From Bdellovibrionia bacterium (GTDB lineage Bacteria; Bdellovibrionota; UBA1018): a DNA stretch of 50,582 bases. Location of the stretch: contig JBMSSC010000004.1 in NCBI GenBank assembly GCA_049424145.1, forward strand, positions 1 through 50,582, read 5' to 3'. The notes below the pieces were generated by a model that was given only the letters and a program-made list of their open reading frames with translations, did no database searches and was not told where the DNA came from. The translations under genes were made by a program, and so were the position numbers. Shown here piece by piece: positions 45,879 to 50,582 of the stretch. Within the stretch, counting starts at the first letter, position 1, and each line of letters starts with the position of its first letter.

Positions 45879-46172
45879 TTAGGCAGCCTCAGCTAGATCC
45901 TGCTCGTGCCAGAGCTCATAAAGGGTTTTTCCCGCCTCCGTTCGAATCCACCGCGTGGCGTGATCGGGTGGGTCCTCCCCTAAGCATCGTTGCGCAAAGG
46001 CGTGAATTGTTAGGGTTTCGTTCCCCATCATGACCTTAAACTCTCCATTGGGCTGCTTGGAGATTTTGCATTTTTTCGCTGGGTCGGAGACAAATAAGAG
46101 GGTTTGTCCTTCTTTTAAGGACCCATCATGGACAAAGTGGGTGAGGTCAAATTTATTTTTCTTTTTAGTCAC
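45879..46172 (-). CDS. small protein, possible stand-alone RAMA-like domain
   Basis: GGAGG RBS plus GTG; L...G.LKEGQ.L.F ... WIRTE.GKTLYELW pattern. Confidence 0.6.
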   Translation of the reverse strand: MTKKKNKFDLTHFVHDGSLKEGQTLLFVSDPAKKCKISKQPNGEFKVMMGNETLTIHAFAQRCLGEDPPDHATRWIRTEAGKTLYELWHEQDLAEAA

Positions 46173-46191
46173 AGCATATCCTCCACCAGGC

Positions 46192-46218
46192 TTATCGGAA
46201 GAATTTGCTGGGTGATTA
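46192..46218 (-). promoter_or_regulatory. sigma28-type promoter candidate
   Basis: TAAT-N15-TCCGATAA on the minus strand, directly upstream of the 46172 gene RBS. Confidence 0.5.
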
Positions 46219-46260
46219 ATGCCTATCGAAAAATAATTTTAAACATGGATTAATAAGGAG

Positions 46261-47337
46261 ATGAATTCTCATCTGAGCATGGACCGATATCCTGAAGTGA
46301 GGAGCTTTCATTCTTCAGATGAAGAGGCTTCCTTTAAGGCATTGGTGAATGAGGCGTTTTTAGTTCCTCATTTTCTTGATTTTTTTGATGATTTTCCGGT
46401 TTGGGATCCCAAGCTGCGTGTACCGGGTGTGGAACGATGGGGGGCCTTCATTCAGGGCAAACTCATAGGATGTGTCAGTGTCAGGACGGCTCAGCTGACA
46501 CTCCAACCTCAGATCTGGACCCCAGTGGGGATCCTAGGGTCGGTGGCCGTTCATCCCCAGTGGCGACAGCGGGGTTTGGCCTCTTTACTCGTTCAGAAAG
46601 CTGTCCAATGGCTCAGAGAACAAAGGGTGAGTGTGGTGCTTCTTTGGAGCTCCAGGCATTCTCTTTATGAGCGATTGGGCTTTCAACTGGCGGGAGAGCA
46701 ATTGCGAGCAGCTTTAAGTCAGACTAATTTTCTTGAAGAGCAAGGCCAAGTCGATACTTCAGGACAAGTTCAGACCGGCTGGAGCCCTATCCTGTTTTCA
46801 CACTTGATGAGTCGAGGCAGTGGCCTCCTCATTCAATCGTCTGATCGGATCTGGCTTCAAGCCCATCGGAACGTTCAGTGGTACTGGATTGAGGATTCAA
46901 TCAGTCAGGAGTTTGCCTATGCTGGAGTAGGTCGTGGGATTGACCTGCCGGGCATGGTCCATGAGTGGGGTGGGTGTCCTCGGTTATTGAAAAGAGTTTT
47001 AAAAAAGATTATGCAGGAGCATCCATCAGCCGAGTTACTTGGAAATCGAGAGTTATTTCAAAAATTTAATCTTCGATTTCAAACCGTGGTGAGTGAATAT
47101 TTATGTATGGCTCAAGTGATTCATCCTTTCTCGGGTTTTTCCGAAACGCAATCGGAGGAGGAGAATCAGACTCAGGAATCGGGTCTTGGTTATGCATTCA
47201 AGGGGAACTCTACAGAGGACCGTGATCAGCTCTTGCGTCGTTGGATCAGGGGGCTTTTTCAAGCCCCTCGAGCTGCAGAAGAGGTGATCGTTGAACAGCA
47301 GGTTCCTCTTTGGATTTGGGGTTTGGATGCTGCTTGA
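46261..47337 (+). CDS. GNAT-family N-acetyltransferase (Eis-like N-terminal domain)
   Basis: GSVAVHPQWRQRGLASLL, LYERLGF; TAAGGAG RBS. Confidence 0.85.
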   Translation: MNSHLSMDRYPEVRSFHSSDEEASFKALVNEAFLVPHFLDFFDDFPVWDPKLRVPGVERWGAFIQGKLIGCVSVRTAQLTLQPQIWTPVGILGSVAVHPQWRQRGLASLLVQKAVQWLREQRVSVVLLWSSRHSLYERLGFQLAGEQLRAALSQTNFLEEQGQVDTSGQVQTGWSPILFSHLMSRGSGLLIQSSDRIWLQAHRNVQWYWIEDSISQEFAYAGVGRGIDLPGMVHEWGGCPRLLKRVLKKIMQEHPSAELLGNRELFQKFNLRFQTVVSEYLCMAQVIHPFSGFSETQSEEENQTQESGLGYAFKGNSTEDRDQLLRRWIRGLFQAPRAAEEVIVEQQVPLWIWGLDAA

Positions 47338-47383
47338 TCCTGCTGAGGGTTGAGCAGTTGAATGAAAGGCAAAGTAGGGCAGA

Positions 47384-48187
47384 GTGAAACAGTATAAAAC
47401 GCGATATCTAAAGGCAGTGGCAGCGGTATTGATAGGATTTCCGATTCTCTATTTGATTGCATCGGCCATTTTATTTGATATCTCGGCGGGATCCTTGGGG
47501 CAAATTTTATCTTCTCCATATTATTATTTCGTTGGAATTCTGGCCATGATTGCAGGCTACGGCATCTGGGAGATGCGGTGGTGGTCTTGGTTTTTATTCC
47601 TAGCCACTCAGCCATTCATTGCAATATTGACTGCTACAATCGCCTATCATTATTCACAAAATCACTATAAGGGACTAGGTTTTTTTATTTCATTGGTGCT
47701 CCAATTTTTTCTAACCTATCGAGTGTCAGGTGAAATTTTTGTTCCGTACCTTTTTCCTAGGATTCGTTGGTGGGAGAGTAATCCGCGGTATCGGCTTTCA
47801 GTCAAAGCTTGGATTCAGAGAAAAAATGGCACTGTTTTAGAAGGAGAGATTCTCGATCTATCCCTTGCGGGGTGTTTTGTGAAGTTCAAGCCCGCTTTGA
47901 CCAAGGACGAGCCAGTTTTTATTCAGTTTCAACTATTTGGCGAGGAAGTTTTCTGTCGAGGCAATGTGGTTTGGATCACTGAGAGTGCGGTGATTCATCC
48001 CAAGGGAATTGGAATCAAATTTAATGAATTAGCCAGAAGCCAGAAACGTGTTCTCCGATCGGTGGTCAAGCGATTACGGAAGATCTCGGCCTTCTATCGC
48101 CGATACCGCTATTGGATGAATCAGGAGGAGTTTTTGAAGCGCTTAGAGAAGCTCGAGTCACCTCAAGCTGCATTCGAGGAACGATGA
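47384..48187 (+). CDS. membrane protein with C-terminal PilZ (c-di-GMP-binding) domain
   Basis: Four TM helices then PRY...DLSLAGCF...VVW...GIGIKF. Confidence 0.85.
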   Translation: MKQYKTRYLKAVAAVLIGFPILYLIASAILFDISAGSLGQILSSPYYYFVGILAMIAGYGIWEMRWWSWFLFLATQPFIAILTATIAYHYSQNHYKGLGFFISLVLQFFLTYRVSGEIFVPYLFPRIRWWESNPRYRLSVKAWIQRKNGTVLEGEILDLSLAGCFVKFKPALTKDEPVFIQFQLFGEEVFCRGNVVWITESAVIHPKGIGIKFNELARSQKRVLRSVVKRLRKISAFYRRYRYWMNQEEFLKRLEKLESPQAAFEER

Positions 48188-48648
48188 GCGATTGCAAGGT
48201 AGACTTCATGCAAATCGCTATGCTTCTTGCCCAGAAAGCCGCAGATGAAGGAGAAGTCCCGGTGGGAGCGTTGGTGGTTCAGCAGGGCCAAATTATTGGT
48301 CGGGGCTATAATCAGCGCGAACGGTGCCAAAACCCTCTGGGCCATGCTGAAATGATCGCCATTCATGAGGCCTCCCAGAATTTAGGGAGCTGGAGATTGA
48401 CCGGTTGCCAGTTGATCGTGACTTTGGAGCCCTGTCCGATGTGTCTCGGTGCGGCGCAGCAGGCTCGAATCGATGAAGTGATCTATGGTGCCCAGGACAA
48501 AAAAGGGGGGGCCCTGAGTTTGGGCTATCGCCTCCATGAAGACACTCAGTTCAACCATCGCTTCCCGGTTCATCATTACCCCATGGCTCAGTGTGGTGAG
48601 ATCCTCTCCCAGTTTTTTGCTCAGCGGCGAGTAAAAAAATCAAAGTGA
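48184..48648 (+). CDS. tadA: tRNA adenosine(34) deaminase
   Basis: GEVPVGA, HAE, WRL, TLEPCPMC; ATG 48184 overlaps the PilZ stop (ATGA). Confidence 0.92.
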   Translation: MSDCKVDFMQIAMLLAQKAADEGEVPVGALVVQQGQIIGRGYNQRERCQNPLGHAEMIAIHEASQNLGSWRLTGCQLIVTLEPCPMCLGAAQQARIDEVIYGAQDKKGGALSLGYRLHEDTQFNHRFPVHHYPMAQCGEILSQFFAQRRVKKSK

Positions 48649-48702
48649 ACTCAGCTGAAAAATGTCATTTTTGCATCAAACCCATGTTAGGTTATTGAAA
48701 TT

Positions 48703-49155
48703 ATGGTGCTAAAAGTTTTGTTTTCTAGTCTATCTGTGGGGGCCTCAGTCGATCAGCAAACTGGAAGTCTTTCTGTCTTCGATGTGCTGGAGGAGATTCG
48801 AGTCCCTGAGCTTCCCGTTCACCTTCAGTCGTTGGTGATCTCATTGGTGTTAGAGAAGTCCGAAGCCAAGGAGCTCTCAGGAAAGGTTTTGATTCATTTA
48901 ATCGGGCCAAAGGATCAGCAGCAGATGCTGGGGTCGGGTGAGATGAAGGTGCCTGCCGAGCAAAAACGAATGAAGGCCGTGTTTCGCTTTGGTGGGTTCC
49001 CCATTCATCAGTTTGGTCAATACAGGTTTGTGATTTCGTGTTTAGATCAAGGAGGTTCTAAAATTGCGGAGTCATTGTTAGACTTTGAAGTAATTCAAGT
49101 CCCTCAGGCCGCCCAGGGGATGGCACCATCCCAGAAGCCGCCTCTGGCACACTAA
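48703..49155 (+). CDS. hypothetical beta-rich protein
   Basis: 150-aa ORF, D..TG.LS..VF and G.YRF pattern suggesting a beta-sandwich. Confidence 0.7.
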   Translation: MVLKVLFSSLSVGASVDQQTGSLSVFDVLEEIRVPELPVHLQSLVISLVLEKSEAKELSGKVLIHLIGPKDQQQMLGSGEMKVPAEQKRMKAVFRFGGFPIHQFGQYRFVISCLDQGGSKIAESLLDFEVIQVPQAAQGMAPSQKPPLAH

Positions 49156-49172
49156 AAAAGGAGAGTTGGAAT

Positions 49173-49766
49173 ATGAAGCACAACAGAATTCATGTTGCAG
49201 TTTTGGCGTTTGGTCTGATGTCGGTAGGTCCATTAGCTTGGGCTAAGGACTATAAAATTGACCCCGGTCACTCGAATGTGGGTTTTACAGCCACCCATCT
49301 CATTAGTCGTGTGAATGGAAGTTTTAAGGAGTTCAGCGGGAGCTTAAGCTTTGACTCCGCTAAGCCTGAAGCCTCCAAGGTTTCAGCTGAGGTTACCGTT
49401 GCAACCGTGGATACCAATGAGCCAAAGCGAGATCAGCACCTTCAGGGCGCTGATTTTTTTGATGCGGCAAAATTTCCGAAGATGACTTTTGTCAGTCGTA
49501 AGGTGTCTGTTGAGGCTAAGAACCGTTTTAAGATGCAGGGTGATCTTTCGTTGCATGGAGTTGTGAAGCCTGTGACTTTTGATGTCGAGTATTTGGGAGA
49601 AGCTCAAGATCCCTGGGGCGCCACGCGTTTAGGATTCACAGCCACTTCAAAAATCAATCGAAAAGATTTTGGGATGAATTGGAACAAGGTTTTGGATCAA
49701 GGTGGGCTCTTAGTTGGGGAAGAAGTAGGAATTCAACTCAATATCGAGGCGATTGAGAAGAAGTAG
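49173..49766 (+). CDS. YceI-family periplasmic polyisoprenoid-binding protein
   Basis: Signal peptide, YKIDPGHS.VGF, RDQHL..ADFFD..KFP, LSLHGV, DPWG, INRKDFG. Confidence 0.93.
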   Translation: MKHNRIHVAVLAFGLMSVGPLAWAKDYKIDPGHSNVGFTATHLISRVNGSFKEFSGSLSFDSAKPEASKVSAEVTVATVDTNEPKRDQHLQGADFFDAAKFPKMTFVSRKVSVEAKNRFKMQGDLSLHGVVKPVTFDVEYLGEAQDPWGATRLGFTATSKINRKDFGMNWNKVLDQGGLLVGEEVGIQLNIEAIEKK

Positions 49767-49798
49767 AGACGGCTAAAGTTCATTTGATTTGTCTGACC

Positions 49799-49838
49799 GA
49801 GGGCAGCTTTCTAAATCAAGAGCTGTCCTCTTTTTTTT
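49799..49838 (+). terminator. Rho-independent terminator
   Basis: GAGGGCAGCT...AGCTGTCCTC stem followed by T8. Confidence 0.85.
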
Positions 49839-50007
49839 CATTTTCTATTATTTTTTTCTCTTTCTTGTCTTCTCTTTTCAATTCAATCCAACTCAATCCA
49901 GTTTAATCACTCCTTGAGTCCGCACTCCTCACGGCCCGCAATCCATCTCCAGTTTTCGGATTTGTTCTCAGCGCCTAGTTCAGAAATGGGTAAGTTGAGT
50001 GCTTTAA

Positions 50008-50582
50008 TTAAATTGAAATCCAAAATTTAGATAGGGTCAGGACGCCAATGAGGATTAAACCTAATGAAATAAACTCTTCGTAATGATTTTTTAATTTTTC
50101 TCTCAGATTAAAGCGAGTTCCAAGTTTAATTCCAAACCAACATAGCATTCCATTGAGAACTAAAAAATTCAAACAAGTCATGATTGACTCAGTGTTGCTC
50201 TGGTTTGCAAAAATTCCAGAGTAAACCACAATATTGTCACTGCTGCTTCCGACCATTAGGCCAGTTACCAGAAAAACTCTTCCCCAGACAGACGGGTTTT
50301 TTTGGAATTGAAGCGGTTTTTTCTCCTCATAGGATCTACTCAGCTTCTTAAAAAAAAGTCGTGAAAGTTTAACCCATCCTAAGAGAAGCGGGATGAGTCC
50401 TAGGAAGGGAAGAAAAGATGCAGGGAATAAAAGGCTGCTGAGCATTCCTGTGACATAGCTCATTCCCAGGACAAGGAGAAAGCCAAGTTGCTGCCCTGCG
50501 ATGACTTCATGGTTAGACATCGATTGAACATTGGCGAGAAATAATAGAATGAACAGGGAATCCAAGTTGGTGAGGATATAGC
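50008..50582 (-). CDS. CadD-family cadmium resistance transporter (5' end beyond the window)
   Basis: Frame open to the window edge: YILTNLDSLFIL, GQQLGF, LGLIPLLLG, SDNIVVY, LILIG. Confidence 0.8.
   Translation of the reverse strand, partial: YILTNLDSLFILLFLANVQSMSNHEVIAGQQLGFLLVLGMSYVTGMLSSLLFPASFLPFLGLIPLLLGWVKLSRLFFKKLSRSYEEKKPLQFQKNPSVWGRVFLVTGLMVGSSSDNIVVYSGIFANQSNTESIMTCLNFLVLNGMLCWFGIKLGTRFNLREKLKNHYEEFISLGLILIGVLTLSKFWISI

Noticed and set aside
49774..49800. sigma28-like TAAAGTT after yceI
   Set aside because: No correctly spaced CCGAT -10 element, and it runs into a terminator

Overview
Chromosomal segment of a bacterium that looks like Bdellovibrionota/Oligoflexia. This is inferred from a RomR-like regulator, three short D2/D3-less flagellins, a Tat-exported HiPIP and many orphan exported proteins. 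Left arm: a circularly permuted D-amino-acid-oxidase-family flavoprotein, then a compact corrinoid salvage/remodelling cluster (cbtB-cbtA-cobO-cbiZ-cobC-cobU-cobT-cobS-cobD-cbiB). The cluster has no ring-synthesis genes, no recognisable cobalamin riboswitch and a His-depleted CbtBA. Middle: two orphan exported proteins (one Sel1-repeat protein ending in an NLS-like PSKKRRKL), ABC1 kinase/lipocalin/photolyase, HiPIP plus TonB receptor, GT-C membrane protein, RDD/rfaE2, amidohydrolase plus membrane-anchored creatininase-family protein, metallophosphoesterase-copA-CoA transferase, rsmE, a lytic transglycosylase, udk, rnj, birA, rph, romR and a probable 6S RNA. Right arm: an RmlD-like protein lacking its catalytic residues, three tandem flagellins with GGA-hairpin (CsrA-type) leaders and sigma28-like promoters, a 17-bp VNTR, a small RAMA-like protein, GNAT, PilZ, tadA, YceI and a CadD-family gene cut by the window edge. 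I found no CRISPR array, tRNA, rRNA or mobile element. All family calls come from visual motif recognition; no database searches were run.
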